A DNA stretch of 64,000 bases from a virus (lineage: Duplodnaviria > Heunggongvirae > Uroviricota > Caudoviricetes). This document shows positions 9,669 through 19,569 of this stretch, in pieces. Position 1 is the first letter of the stretch. Every line of letters starts with the position of its first letter. The notes under the pieces are model-generated. The model was given only the letters and a program-made list of their open reading frames with translations. It was not told where the DNA came from and did not search any database. A program made the translations under genes and the position numbers. The stretch is taken from IMG/VR virus record IMGVR_UViG_3300006919_000037. One strand, written 5' to 3'.

Positions 9669-11073
9669 AGTCCCCAAACCTGTCATCCATGATGGGTTTA
9701 TCATCATCACGTAATGCTTTTACCGGTCTGTTTGCTGGACCCCTTGTTATTTCACCAGTTTCATTATCAATGATATCTTCCTGTGCTGAATCTTCCAGAT
9801 CATAAAACCTCATCTTGGCCTTGTCAAGCCCAATACAGAATCGTCTGGGGTTGTCAACGGCATTATATCGGTTCTTGATCTGTTTGACCATGATCTGCCC
9901 AAGCTCTTCAAGCTCTTCAGTGGGCACCAGTGCAATGAAGAAATCCGTTGTGTACATCAAGCCAAATGATTCAGCCACGTTCTCAGCACCCGGATCAGTA
10001 GACTTATACCCCTCACGGTTTGTCTGTGTTCCTGTCCACATGATAACATCTTCTTTTTGTGCCAGTGATCGTACCTCTTCGGCAATCTTCAACACATAGG
10101 TATATGAATTGATCGAACCACCCATCTTGATACGGGCAGATGAACAGATGTTGAGATAGTCAATGATCACCACATCAGGCACGAACCCACGTTTCAGTTT
10201 GAGGTCCTTCATCAGAGCCTTGAAGTGATTCACATTGGCTTCAGATGTTGGAAACTGTTCGACGATCAGCTTTCCCTTGATCTTGCTCTTGAGTGTGTCC
10301 ACCTTCTTGGCAAACACCTCTTTGGATATATTCTCAACCTTGCCTATATCCACATTGAACAGATTGGCATCGATACGTCTCTGGATTTCCTCACCAGACA
10401 TTTCCATGGATATGTACAGGACATTGTGACCCATGTTCATGTATGCAGCAGCCAGATGACAGAACAGGATAGACTTACCACCACCGGACGGACCCATGAC
10501 CAGATTCATAGTTTTCTTGATCACACCATTCTTTGTGATCTTGTTGAACATCTCAAGGTCGAATGGAATCTTGTTGAATGTCTGGTGGTAATAGTCAAAC
10601 CGGTCTTCCCAGTCTTCCAGATAGTCCAAACCGATACGATCATCAAACGTGATGGCCAGAGCCTCAGAGAGGATATCTGGGATGGAACCGGTCCCCACAT
10701 CCTTCTCATCCCCGTTCATGACGGAGATTGATTTGGTCATGGCCAGATATAGTGCCCGTTCCTTACAGAAAGACTCAGTGGAATCGATCAACCAATCCCT
10801 GTTGAAATCGGTTGAAAGCTTTTCTATTTCGTCTATGGTCTGCTGGATTTCATGCTCATCGTCATTACTTATTCCAGCCAACTGACCTAGCTCGACTCTC
10901 AGACTGTCTATCTTAGGTAATTCATCGTATTTGTCGATGAATCCGGATACTAGAGTGAAGAGAAGCTGGTCTGTATTTTCGGAAAAGTATTCTGGTTTCA
11001 GATGGGGGATAGCCTTGGTGGTGAAATCATTATCATGTATCAGACCTTGGAGTATTTTCTGCTCGATTCTCAT
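9658..11073 (-). CDS. 41: replicative DNA helicase, DnaB family (T4 gp41-like)
   Basis: 471 aa; Walker A GPSGGGKS, DnaB-like N-terminal domain, size close to T4 gp41 (475 aa). Confidence 0.85.
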   Translation of the reverse strand: MRIEQKILQGLIHDNDFTTKAIPHLKPEYFSENTDQLLFTLVSGFIDKYDELPKIDSLRVELGQLAGISNDDEHEIQQTIDEIEKLSTDFNRDWLIDSTESFCKERALYLAMTKSISVMNGDEKDVGTGSIPDILSEALAITFDDRIGLDYLEDWEDRFDYYHQTFNKIPFDLEMFNKITKNGVIKKTMNLVMGPSGGGKSILFCHLAAAYMNMGHNVLYISMEMSGEEIQRRIDANLFNVDIGKVENISKEVFAKKVDTLKSKIKGKLIVEQFPTSEANVNHFKALMKDLKLKRGFVPDVVIIDYLNICSSARIKMGGSINSYTYVLKIAEEVRSLAQKEDVIMWTGTQTNREGYKSTDPGAENVAESFGLMYTTDFFIALVPTEELEELGQIMVKQIKNRYNAVDNPRRFCIGLDKAKMRFYDLEDSAQEDIIDNETGEITRGPANRPVKALRDDDKPIMDDRFGDFMF

Positions 11074-11341
11074 ACTTCTCTTTCCGGATGTAAAATACTA
11101 TGAGTGACACATATATGAAGTTTGTGATGAATAACAATATCCCAGCATAGAATGACCATATTGCACCCACATGTGGATAGAAATACAGGTTCCACCCACC
11201 CCATGTGGTGAAGAATGCCAGCATGACCCATGAAACACCACGGACCATCTTATCCCTATACACTTGTAGGATTGACATAACTATGACGATGGACCCACCA
11301 AATTCAAAGAAGGCATTGATAAGGTCTGGGTCAATCTTCAT
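11033..11341 (-). CDS. small membrane protein
   Basis: 102 aa with 2-3 hydrophobic helices; 3-prime end overlaps gp41 start. Confidence 0.35.
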   Translation of the reverse strand: MKIDPDLINAFFEFGGSIVIVMSILQVYRDKMVRGVSWVMLAFFTTWGGWNLYFYPHVGAIWSFYAGILLFITNFIYVSLIVFYIRKEKYENRAENTPRSDT

Positions 11342-11606
11342 CTATAGTCATCAAATCTTGCAGAACAACACCAACCTGTCTGTCCAGTTCTTCATTGTTT
11401 TCCAGATCACCCCTACCCTGATCATCCAGAACGACATATGAGAATTTCAACTTGACACTACCTTTCAGATTTTTCATATCGTCAGGGTTTTCAGGTTTAA
11501 TGTTGGTGAAATAAAACTTGATTCCATACCATGGACTCTCTTTGAATTCATAAAATGTGGCAACCTCACCAACAATTGGCACTTCAAAACATGTATATTT
11601 AATCAT
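11331..11606 (-). CDS. hypothetical protein (start trimmed to internal Met to avoid 128-nt overlap with cd)
   Basis: ORF-track ORF 11331..11726 overlaps the dCMP deaminase 3-prime end; internal Met (MIKYTCFEV) at 11606 gives a normal 8-nt overlap. Confidence 0.3.
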   Translation of the reverse strand: MIKYTCFEVPIVGEVATFYEFKESPWYGIKFYFTNIKPENPDDMKNLKGSVKLKFSYVVLDDQGRGDLENNEELDRQVGVVLQDLMTIDED

Positions 11607-12318
11607 TACCGTGATACTCTCCACTGACTTTTGACACAATTTTCTTACCGGATGGGTTGTAATCCATTTCCCTGAACACAATTCCAGCTTCATCAAGCAT
11701 AGCCTTTCTTCCGGCTTCACTCTCACTATATGATTCTACAAGGCCGTGTTTGGTGCCAACAACCTGCTTTATGCCTGATTGAATAACTGCTCTAGCACAA
11801 TCAAAACAAGGAAGGCCATGTGTGTATAGAGTACAACCATTCGTTGAGACACCAGCCCGTGCTGCATTATAGATAGCATTTCTTTCTCCATGTTCTGTGA
11901 AGTCATACTTCACTGGTCTTTGAAGACGTTCTTCCGTGTATTTAACCCCTCTAGGAAAGCCATTGTAGCCCGTGGAACGGATTTCTCCATCAGGACCCAC
12001 TATCACGGCTCCAATCCATGTTGAGTTGTCCTTGGACCTCATAGCCGTCATATAGGCCATGGCCATGTAATACTCATCCCACTCTTGAAAATGCTCAGAC
12101 TGGATTGGGTCTGGAAAATACATTTTCTTTAATGCTTTCTCCAGATATGGGGAAGGTGGTCTTTGAATCTTGGTATCAGAATCCAGATATGTTCTAAGCT
12201 CTTCAACCTCTTCTTCTACACTTGCTTTTGCAAAACCAAATGCTTCTAGCCGTGCCTTCCGACATTCTACACAATAACATTTCATCTTATGACTCCGATT
12301 TATCCATATGTTTTTCAA
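11599..12318 (-). CDS. cd: deoxycytidylate (dCMP) deaminase
   Basis: zinc-binding motifs HGERNAI and PCFDCA (HAE-x-NAI / PC-x2-CA); 239 aa with an extra Cys-containing N-terminal segment. Confidence 0.85.
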   Translation of the reverse strand: MKNIWINRSHKMKCYCVECRKARLEAFGFAKASVEEEVEELRTYLDSDTKIQRPPSPYLEKALKKMYFPDPIQSEHFQEWDEYYMAMAYMTAMRSKDNSTWIGAVIVGPDGEIRSTGYNGFPRGVKYTEERLQRPVKYDFTEHGERNAIYNAARAGVSTNGCTLYTHGLPCFDCARAVIQSGIKQVVGTKHGLVESYSESEAGRKAMLDEAGIVFREMDYNPSGKKIVSKVSGEYHGND

Positions 12319-12571
12319 GAACGTTTTTTGCTATATTACCACGATCCACTTGGGCTGGTGATATTGCATCACTCACCTTGTCATAAACTTCCGGATCAGC
12401 ATAGAAGTTTGCCAGTGCATCCTTGTAATCACCAAGCTCATCACTTAGCTCATACTCCCCAATATCAACACCTATGGCAGCACATATGTTGTAACAACGT
12501 TGCTTCCATGAGTGTGCTGTTTCAGAGATGGCTATTGAGAGGGTTTCCTCATCATATGTCTTCATTTTCAA
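12287..12571 (-). CDS. hypothetical protein
   Basis: 94-aa acidic ORF between uvsX and cd. Confidence 0.4.
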   Translation of the reverse strand: MKMKTYDEETLSIAISETAHSWKQRCYNICAAIGVDIGEYELSDELGDYKDALANFYADPEVYDKVSDAISPAQVDRGNIAKNVLEKHMDKSES

Positions 12572-13661
12572 TCACCTCATTTGACAAATCAACATCCTCA
12601 TCAAGAAACAGTATCTGTTCCTTCGATCCAATAGAATACATCTCTTCGACAAGGCTTTTGAAATTTTTATCTGCCAGAAGCTTTTCCCATACATCAGATT
12701 CACGAGCTTCAATCATATTCATGGGTTCAGATATCACAACCCCATCTGAATCGATAAACTCAAAAGCATCCTGTTTGTTGATTCGTTTCTCAGCTTTCTG
12801 AACAACCCCCATTTCCAGACCAAGATCGAACAACCCTGAGTATTTGTTGATACCCCGTTCAAACGTCACGGTGATGGGAATTTTGGCCTTCTCACGAACA
12901 TAACGAGACTTATCCACAACGATCACGAAATCCCAACCGGCAATTTCTTTATCGGATGCTTTATTCTTGTTCTGTCTACGACCAATGATCCATACATTAT
13001 CAGCAGAATAGTATGCACCAGTACCACCAGCTACAACATCCTTGGAGAACATTTCCATGGTTTTGTATGAGTGGTTGACTGTGATCAGAGGAATGTCTTT
13101 GATGGTCAGGTGTGGTGTTACGATCCGGAACAATGACTTCATCACCTTGGCCCGTGTCATATCGGCTTTATCAGAACCCGACAAAGCATCAGCAACTTCC
13201 TTGCCAGAAGCAAGATTGCCGATTGAGTCAATGACAATAACCACTTTATCACCACGTTCAAGTGTGTGAAGCTGATTGGCCATATCGGTTCTCAGCATTT
13301 CAATGTCAGTAATTGGTGTGTGGATGACACGAGATGTGTCAATGTTGAATATCTTGAAATACTCTTCCGGTGTTCCAAATTCTGAGTCGTAAAATAGCAG
13401 GATGGCATCTTCATACTTATCCAGATATGCACCAGCCATCATAAGAGCAAACATGCTCTTGAAGTGTTTGGAAGGACCGGCAATCATTGTGTGGCCGGGT
13501 GTCAAACCCCCGTCAAGCCGTGCAGACAATGCCAGATTGATCATAGGACACATTGTGGCAATCATATCTTTCTTGCCATAGATTTTTGAATCTGAAAGAA
13601 TAGCCGTATCCTTGATGGTGCTGTTCTTCTTGAGTTTTGCCAAAAGGTCTTTATTTTTCAT
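12552..13661 (-). CDS. uvsX: UvsX recombinase (RecA family)
   Basis: 369 aa; alignable along its length to T4 UvsX, including IAGPSKHFKS Walker A, FYDSEFG, VIHTP, DSIGNLAS and DMTRAKVMKSLFRIVTP. Confidence 0.9.
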   Translation of the reverse strand: MKNKDLLAKLKKNSTIKDTAILSDSKIYGKKDMIATMCPMINLALSARLDGGLTPGHTMIAGPSKHFKSMFALMMAGAYLDKYEDAILLFYDSEFGTPEEYFKIFNIDTSRVIHTPITDIEMLRTDMANQLHTLERGDKVVIVIDSIGNLASGKEVADALSGSDKADMTRAKVMKSLFRIVTPHLTIKDIPLITVNHSYKTMEMFSKDVVAGGTGAYYSADNVWIIGRRQNKNKASDKEIAGWDFVIVVDKSRYVREKAKIPITVTFERGINKYSGLFDLGLEMGVVQKAEKRINKQDAFEFIDSDGVVISEPMNMIEARESDVWEKLLADKNFKSLVEEMYSIGSKEQILFLDEDVDLSNEVIENEDI

Positions 13662-13726
13662 GTTACCTGTCTCTATTCAAGTGTTGTATCTATCTACAAT
13701 CTCACAATTTATGTGTCTTGTCAAGC

Positions 13727-14074
13727 TTATTCTTCAATTGATTCAAGCCTGACAATATCCTCTTCTGTACATATATGTCCGACCTGTGTTTCAATAATTA
13801 CTAGAGGTTCCTCAGACACACATGTGACTTTGTGAATACACCCACGGTGGATCGTCACAACGTCCAGTTCTGTGACGAACATCATATATTCAGCACCATC
13901 CTCAATTATCTTTAGTTCACCAGAGCCTGATATAATGGACCAGCACTCTGCCCGGTGGTTGTGGTACTGGAGAGATATGTGCTTCTCTGAATTGATAACC
14001 AGCTTCTTGACCCTGAAGCCTTCTTCAACAAGAAGCTCCTGCCAGTAACCCCACCGTGTTTTTGTCGGTTCCAT
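13727..14074 (-). CDS. cupin-fold protein (mannose-6-phosphate isomerase-like)
   Basis: conserved cupin core LQYHNHRAECWSIISGSGE...IHRGCIHK; ORF-track N-terminal extension (to 14260) overlaps the upstream gene, so trimmed to Met MEPTK at 14074. Confidence 0.55.
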   Translation of the reverse strand: MEPTKTRWGYWQELLVEEGFRVKKLVINSEKHISLQYHNHRAECWSIISGSGELKIIEDGAEYMMFVTELDVVTIHRGCIHKVTCVSEEPLVIIETQVGHICTEEDIVRLESIEE

Positions 14075-14078
14075 TGTA

Positions 14079-14609
14079 TCAAGTCCTTCCAAAGAATTTT
14101 GTTGGGCCTGATGTGTTCTTCTGGAAAAGATACCAAGCCACATTGTCTTTACCAGTCTGTTTCGTTTCCGGCATCCAACACACCCGGCCAACCGACACGA
14201 TCTTCTCACAATACTCCAAGTATGGAATAGCCTGCTTGGTGTGCATCCAGTCTGTATCAAACAACAACCATGTGGGTTTGATTTCTGAAAGAGCCAAGAT
14301 CATTGGATGAAGAATCTTCCGGTCCCATGGTGGGTTGGTGATGAAACAGTCGGCCCCATATGAATGGGAAGCACATAATGTATATGCCAGATAATCAGCC
14401 TCATAAATGTCATCACGTTCCGGCTCAATATCACTGGCCATCACACAGTTCATACCATGCTTTTCAAGATGGTCCATAAGCCAACCCTTACCGGCACACG
14501 GCTCAATATAGTTGGTATATTTCAGATGTGGTATGAGTGGCACAACACATGAATATGGTGTGTCATACTTGTCCCGTGCATTCCTCTTGAAATCAGATCG
14601 TTTACCCAT
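14079..14609 (-). CDS. DNA N6-adenine methyltransferase (small, Dam-like)
   Basis: motif I EPCAGKG and motif IV NPPW in the order typical of N6-adenine MTases. Confidence 0.6.
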   Translation of the reverse strand: MGKRSDFKRNARDKYDTPYSCVVPLIPHLKYTNYIEPCAGKGWLMDHLEKHGMNCVMASDIEPERDDIYEADYLAYTLCASHSYGADCFITNPPWDRKILHPMILALSEIKPTWLLFDTDWMHTKQAIPYLEYCEKIVSVGRVCWMPETKQTGKDNVAWYLFQKNTSGPTKFFGRT

Positions 14610-14611
14610 AA

Positions 14612-15712
14612 TTACTCCAATAAGCTTTTAATATCAGACGATTTTTCATGTTGCCACCCTATTGCATCCGTGATGATCTTGAGTTTTTTCAAGAATGTTT
14701 TGTGAAATTGGAGAGTGTAATCCACATATTCTTCCAACCCAAACTCTTCAGGTATCCGGTCATGGAATGAAATAATCTCAAATCCATATGGATTCGGTTC
14801 CTTCAAGTGGATGTACTTGATCTTCTCACCATCCTTTATGGCTTCATATGTGTTCTCAAGGCCATGCTTTTTCAATAGGTGGTTATAGATCAGTGCACCC
14901 TTTGTGTGTTTCGGACACTTCTTACCCCATATGGTCCTATTATCATGGTATTTCTCAAGGCCGTTCACTGATGATATGTCTGCCAGTTCATCATAGGGTC
15001 TCTGATCATACTCTTTTTTGAATTTCTTGATGAACCGTATCATGGCATCATTATCAGCCGTCATCATCAACCTGATGGCTTCCTTGATGCTATCCTTACA
15101 GGCTGGAGCCGTTGACGATTTGATAACAGCCAAACCCTTGATCTTGATCTTTGGTTCGTTAAGTCTGACACCCTCATCATCCATGACGTTCAGAACATAG
15201 TTCTTCTTGGCTGTCCATATCCCACGATCAGCCAGAACCTCACGTTTCATCACCATCTTCTGTTCGAATGAATTCATATATTTCGACAGGTTTTCAAACG
15301 ACTTGTTGATAACCGGTTGAATCGTTTCGTCACAGAATTTGTTCATATGGTCCAGAAGAACATTTTTGTCTGTTATATCCTGTAGGTCCTTCTTCAACAC
15401 TTTTTCCAGATGGATATACATGGAGTCCGTGTCTGCTGCAATAATGTAATCCTCATCCTTTGTGCCCACATAATCATTCATGAACTTGTTCATATCCTTG
15501 ATGATCCACTTGATGGCCAGTTCACCAGCACCAGTAATAGCAGAAGCCAGACGTACATCAAACCACCTATAGAACCGGTTACCCAGAGCACCGTATGCAC
15601 TATTCAATGTAACCTTCTTGGCTAATTGGAGATTGTTGTATGTGGTTGCCAGATTGTTTGTGGTCTCTTCAAGCTTCAACAACTCAGCATCACTAAGGGA
15701 TTCGAGATTCAT
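14612..15712 (-). CDS. 43: DNA polymerase family B, C-terminal part (T4 gp43-like palm/thumb; 43B)
   Basis: motif B KK-x3-NSAYGALGN and motif C IAADTDS; start ATG overlaps stop of the N-terminal part (ATGA). Confidence 0.85.
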   Translation of the reverse strand: MNLESLSDAELLKLEETTNNLATTYNNLQLAKKVTLNSAYGALGNRFYRWFDVRLASAITGAGELAIKWIIKDMNKFMNDYVGTKDEDYIIAADTDSMYIHLEKVLKKDLQDITDKNVLLDHMNKFCDETIQPVINKSFENLSKYMNSFEQKMVMKREVLADRGIWTAKKNYVLNVMDDEGVRLNEPKIKIKGLAVIKSSTAPACKDSIKEAIRLMMTADNDAMIRFIKKFKKEYDQRPYDELADISSVNGLEKYHDNRTIWGKKCPKHTKGALIYNHLLKKHGLENTYEAIKDGEKIKYIHLKEPNPYGFEIISFHDRIPEEFGLEEYVDYTLQFHKTFLKKLKIITDAIGWQHEKSSDIKSLLE

Positions 15713-17262
15713 TCCAACCCTCTTCTGACCTTCTCAGCCTTGATACTCTCAAGCATCTTCAATTCTTCGATCATCATACTCTTATATTTCTTCCGATCAT
15801 CATAGAGAATTCTCATCACCTCACCAAGAAAGCTTTCATTGTTGGTGCTGAAAAACTCACCATTTGGGGTCAGGTTAACCTTCCATGGATATAGTGTTGA
15901 CAGATCGAATTCCCTATTCACTAATTTGTCTGGTGTTATGATCGGGTTCTCACGTGAAAACTCTTTCATCTGGTCATTATAATTTTCAACAGGAATGAAC
16001 GTCTCAGGTGAAATATTATAACCCATCATCAAATGGGGATACAGGCCGTCCAAGTCAAATGATGCAACATAATCATGCATACCAACCAGAACCGGCTTCA
16101 CATAGGCACCCTTGTAACGTGAATCCTTTGAACTATCTTTCATGGGATTAACCACAACACCCTTTGACATAAGGTGATTGGTCATAATGGCATCCCACAT
16201 CCTAACCTGTGCAAACACATCTTCATAGTTTACCTTGGCCGTATATGCCAGTGCAAACATCAGGTCAAACAGACTCAGCTTCCGGTCAAGACCAGATACG
16301 ATATCAATATCTCTTACGTTGTAGTCAAGATATTTCTGGTAATCTATCTTGTACAATGAGTGGAGATTCTTGACTTCTGAATAGTCCAGCTTCGACATCC
16401 CCAACTCATTGAACCCAACCGTGTCCAGCTTTAGATTTTCCTGCTGTTTGGAGCTTGGTGCAAACTTCTTATATGCCAGCATGTAATCGATCTGGTCAAC
16501 CCCATAAATGCTATAGAACTTATCACGGGTATTCCATTCCACGTTCACACGTTCCTGATACTCCACAACACCCCAAGGTGACAACATGTCTATGTAGGAC
16601 TCACCAAGAATCTTACCGATCCGGTTGACGATATATGGCATATCGAACATCAGTGAATTCCAGCCGGTGATAACATCTGGCCAGTTCTTGATCCAGATTT
16701 CAAGGAACATCCTCAACAGATGCTCTTCAGATTCACATTCTATGTATTTGAGATTTTTACGGTCTGTCTTGTAACCATCCGGCATCAGTCCAAACTTGTC
16801 ATGACCTAACACGATGATCTTGTCATCATTAAACGTCATGGAGATTGCCGTCATTTCTTCCGTGCACTCCCATGGGTCTGGAAATCCATTTTCAGACATG
16901 ACCTCAATGTCAAGGTTTACAACAAGAATGAACTTCTTGTCATATGGCACCATGTCAGGGTAATTCTCATAGATATAAGAATATTCATGTTTCAGGTTTC
17001 CATATACGTCAAAACCCTCAACGTCCTTGTACTGTTTGATGTATTTCCAAACGTCCCATATATCACCGGGCTTGACAGGTATAACCGGCTTGCCATCAAT
17101 ATTGGTCAAGCCGGTCACTTCTTTACTCTTCAAATATATGGTAGGCTCATATTTGATCTTTTCACGGACCCGTTTTGGCTTACCATTCTCATCAAAGTGG
17201 ACACCCCTATAAAGAATGTGTCCCTTGTACTGACGTACATTGGTGTAAAAGTTTTTGGTCAT
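15709..17262 (-). CDS. 43: DNA polymerase family B, N-terminal part (exonuclease plus N-terminal polymerase region; 43A)
   Basis: N-terminus alignable to T4 gp43; Exo I LVVNLDIEV, Exo II YNVRDI, motif A DLDGLYP; ends just before motif B. Confidence 0.85.
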   Translation of the reverse strand: MTKNFYTNVRQYKGHILYRGVHFDENGKPKRVREKIKYEPTIYLKSKEVTGLTNIDGKPVIPVKPGDIWDVWKYIKQYKDVEGFDVYGNLKHEYSYIYENYPDMVPYDKKFILVVNLDIEVMSENGFPDPWECTEEMTAISMTFNDDKIIVLGHDKFGLMPDGYKTDRKNLKYIECESEEHLLRMFLEIWIKNWPDVITGWNSLMFDMPYIVNRIGKILGESYIDMLSPWGVVEYQERVNVEWNTRDKFYSIYGVDQIDYMLAYKKFAPSSKQQENLKLDTVGFNELGMSKLDYSEVKNLHSLYKIDYQKYLDYNVRDIDIVSGLDRKLSLFDLMFALAYTAKVNYEDVFAQVRMWDAIMTNHLMSKGVVVNPMKDSSKDSRYKGAYVKPVLVGMHDYVASFDLDGLYPHLMMGYNISPETFIPVENYNDQMKEFSRENPIITPDKLVNREFDLSTLYPWKVNLTPNGEFFSTNNESFLGEVMRILYDDRKKYKSMMIEELKMLESIKAEKVRRGLE

Positions 17263-17276
17263 GTGTGGTATATAGG

Positions 17277-17627
17277 CTAGGAGCCAAGACCGGGCAACTT
17301 AATTGTTTGGGAATCTGGTGTGATAATACCAGAGAACATAGCCTTGTATTCCTTCACAATCTCATCCTTCGGAGTGAGCAGAAGCATGATATCTTTTTCC
17401 TTGAAGGTCATACGTTCTTCCTTCACCCATGGAACAAAGTCTGCAAAGCCAATAGAAGGCTGTGCACCAGTTGCACGGTTACCGGGCATGACTACCACCC
17501 TGATGATCTTCTCAAGGGTTATAGAGCCATCCTCTGCCACCCCATCCGTGAAGCCAATCACTTCCTCACCATAATTAAGCTTAACGAGCTTGACGTTCTT
17601 ATTTGTAAATGATTTACTCAGTTCCAT
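17277..17627 (-). CDS. hypothetical protein
   Basis: 116-aa ORF immediately upstream of g43. Confidence 0.4.
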   Translation of the reverse strand: MELSKSFTNKNVKLVKLNYGEEVIGFTDGVAEDGSITLEKIIRVVVMPGNRATGAQPSIGFADFVPWVKEERMTFKEKDIMLLLTPKDEIVKEYKAMFSGIITPDSQTIKLPGLGS

Positions 17628-17663
17628 TTTTCATTATCCTTCATGGTTTTGATTTTCTTAATT

Positions 17664-17855
17664 TCAGTAACCTTTGGCTTCACAAAGGAAATCGAATACC
17701 CCAGTAGTGACCCACTTCTCAGGGATCAGAGTGATTTTCTGTCCTGAGTCGGTCTCATACGAATATGAGTTGTCATGGTCCATGATCTTGCTGATCCGTT
17801 CCCATTTGCCATCATAAGCCCTCTGCTTAAATTCAGTCTCAAGTATTTTTGTCAT
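17664..17855 (-). CDS. small hypothetical protein
   Basis: 63-aa ORF. Confidence 0.3.
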   Translation of the reverse strand: MTKILETEFKQRAYDGKWERISKIMDHDNSYSYETDSGQKITLIPEKWVTTGVFDFLCEAKGY

Positions 17856-18271
17856 TTCAGTTTCTTCTCCACAAAACCATTTTCCCTGTCTAGGAATTTA
17901 AACTCAATATCAACAATATCAAACAATGCAAGATGTTCAATAACCAGTGATGGGTCAAGCTCATCACATGAATAAACATCAAGCTGTATCAGAGCCGGTT
18001 CAGGCTCATCCCATATATGTATTGCTATGTGTGATGTTTCAATGATTGTAACTGCCGTGAGACCACGGTTCCCGGCTTTGTCAACATATGCTACAATTGG
18101 TCCAGCCAGAATGTTCATGCCTATAAGATTAACAAGACCGATAATCCAGTTTTTCAATTCTTCCTGTTGGCCATCAACCGGTGGTCGATTAACATGAGCA
18201 GATATCAAAAGATGCTCATGTTTTAAAAGCTTAGTCATAGACTTCTCCATCAAATTCACGGTCCATTTCAA
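17852..18271 (-). CDS. speD: S-adenosylmethionine decarboxylase proenzyme (bacterial class 1, SpeD/SpeH-like)
   Basis: IIETSHIAIHIWDEPEPALIQLDVYSC matches the SESH.SIHTWPE processing/active-site motif; size 139 aa. Confidence 0.75.
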   Translation of the reverse strand: MKWTVNLMEKSMTKLLKHEHLLISAHVNRPPVDGQQEELKNWIIGLVNLIGMNILAGPIVAYVDKAGNRGLTAVTIIETSHIAIHIWDEPEPALIQLDVYSCDELDPSLVIEHLALFDIVDIEFKFLDRENGFVEKKLK

Positions 18272-18440
18272 TATAGTATTTTATGATCAGTTTACGAGCC
18301 TTGTCATCATCTTTTTCATCAAATAGTTTTTGCTGTGTTGGATGGAGTGGCCCATGCCAGTGATAGTTACAGAAAGCTTCACCCAAGGTCTGGTTATGGT
18401 ACATTTTTCTATGCTTGTGAAAATTTCTGATGAAGGACAT
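18231..18440 (-). CDS. small hypothetical protein
   Basis: 69-aa ORF. Confidence 0.3.
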   Translation of the reverse strand: MSFIRNFHKHRKMYHNQTLGEAFCNYHWHGPLHPTQQKLFDEKDDDKARKLIIKYYIEMDREFDGEVYD

Positions 18441-18441
18441 G

Positions 18442-18711
18442 TCAATTGAACCTGTTATTCATATATTCCTGTGAGGTCACAATAACAGAAGAAGTCTTCT
18501 CCTGATACAAAACAACTGGAATCAGATGCTCATCATTGAAGACTTTCATCTCCATCACGATCTTTCCATAGGCAGAATTTGGACCTTGCACGGTGAACCC
18601 ATCATAAACCTTTGAGTTGTTTATGATGATTAATTCTTTCATATCGTTCACTGGAAACGGTTTTTCAAGTGTGAGCATATTATTAGTGTTACTGTTAGGC
18701 ATTATGGTCAT
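18442..18711 (-). CDS. hypothetical protein
   Basis: 89-aa ORF. Confidence 0.35.
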   Translation of the reverse strand: MTIMPNSNTNNMLTLEKPFPVNDMKELIIINNSKVYDGFTVQGPNSAYGKIVMEMKVFNDEHLIPVVLYQEKTSSVIVTSQEYMNNRFN

Positions 18712-19036
18712 CTTCCTCTATGCTATCTTCCATGACGGTCTTCACATCGTTTTGCAGCACCACAACAACCATCCTGTTTACGTTCTTCTTTGAGCCATCA
18801 CCAGCCCACTTTTGAAACACATAATAACCATGCTTGGCAAATTCACGAACAATGGAGAAGTCTGGATCGTCAATCTCTTTTGAGGTTCCAAGCTGTTCCA
18901 TGGACGGACTGTCGAGAACATCCGTCTCATCCAGAACCTGCTCATTATTGAACTCACAGGTATTTATCAACACTCTCTCACCATTATGTGTCAACAATAT
19001 ACCAGTGGTCCCCTTTTTCACTACATATAATCTCAT
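18695..19036 (-). CDS. hypothetical protein
   Basis: 113-aa ORF. Confidence 0.35.
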   Translation of the reverse strand: MRLYVVKKGTTGILLTHNGERVLINTCEFNNEQVLDETDVLDSPSMEQLGTSKEIDDPDFSIVREFAKHGYYVFQKWAGDGSKKNVNRMVVVVLQNDVKTVMEDSIEEDDHNA

Positions 19037-19569
19037 TTCATAATCCTAACTGAATGTGCAACATCAACAACGTGATCAAAACCCTCTTCGACAACCGGCT
19101 CCACATACATAGATTGCAGTTCACCCAGAGTCTTTTGACTAAGAGGTTTAAACTTATGATTCACCACTCTGTGTGCCCACTGATCGGTTTGATCAAATGG
19201 AACATCGAACAGTAGTGCAATTTTATGATAACCTGCCGGAATGGCATCAAGAATATCTCTTCTTCGTTCTACCGTGATATTCAAACCATCATGGATGATT
19301 GGAATACCACCTATAACGGCACACCTGATATCCCCCATCATGAAATTCTCTGCATCCTTTATGAATTTTGGATACACGTCCACATAGGGTTGGTTAAACC
19401 TCTTGGTGAACTTTTCGATATAATGATCTGATGATGCATAGACACACGGCTGCATGTCTATTTTGAACTTTTCCACCATATTCATACAGAATGTGGTCTT
19501 ACCAGTACCGGGTAATCCAACACACATGATGAAAGCTTTACTCTGATCCGGACTTGTTTGATTTGTCAT
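19033..19569 (-). CDS. P-loop NTPase / kinase-like protein
   Basis: Walker A CVGLPGTGKTTF near N-terminus; 178 aa, similar size to small nucleotide/polynucleotide kinases. Confidence 0.5.
   Translation of the reverse strand: MTNQTSPDQSKAFIMCVGLPGTGKTTFCMNMVEKFKIDMQPCVYASSDHYIEKFTKRFNQPYVDVYPKFIKDAENFMMGDIRCAVIGGIPIIHDGLNITVERRRDILDAIPAGYHKIALLFDVPFDQTDQWAHRVVNHKFKPLSQKTLGELQSMYVEPVVEEGFDHVVDVAHSVRIMK

Noticed and set aside
9297-9710. 137-aa minus-strand ORF
   Set aside because: Its Trp/Cys/Phe-rich composition is atypical. It overlaps the better-looking plus-strand ORF 9045..9668 and the start of gp41.
13662-13726. TTGACA-N17-GATTGT upstream of uvsX
   Set aside because: The -10 match is weak (3 of 6). 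It is not a member of the repeated promoter family, so it is not called.
13727-14260. N-terminal 62 aa of the cupin ORF
   Set aside because: The extension overlaps the methyltransferase gene by about 180 nt and is Cys/Arg-rich. The conserved cupin domain starts at the Met at 14074.
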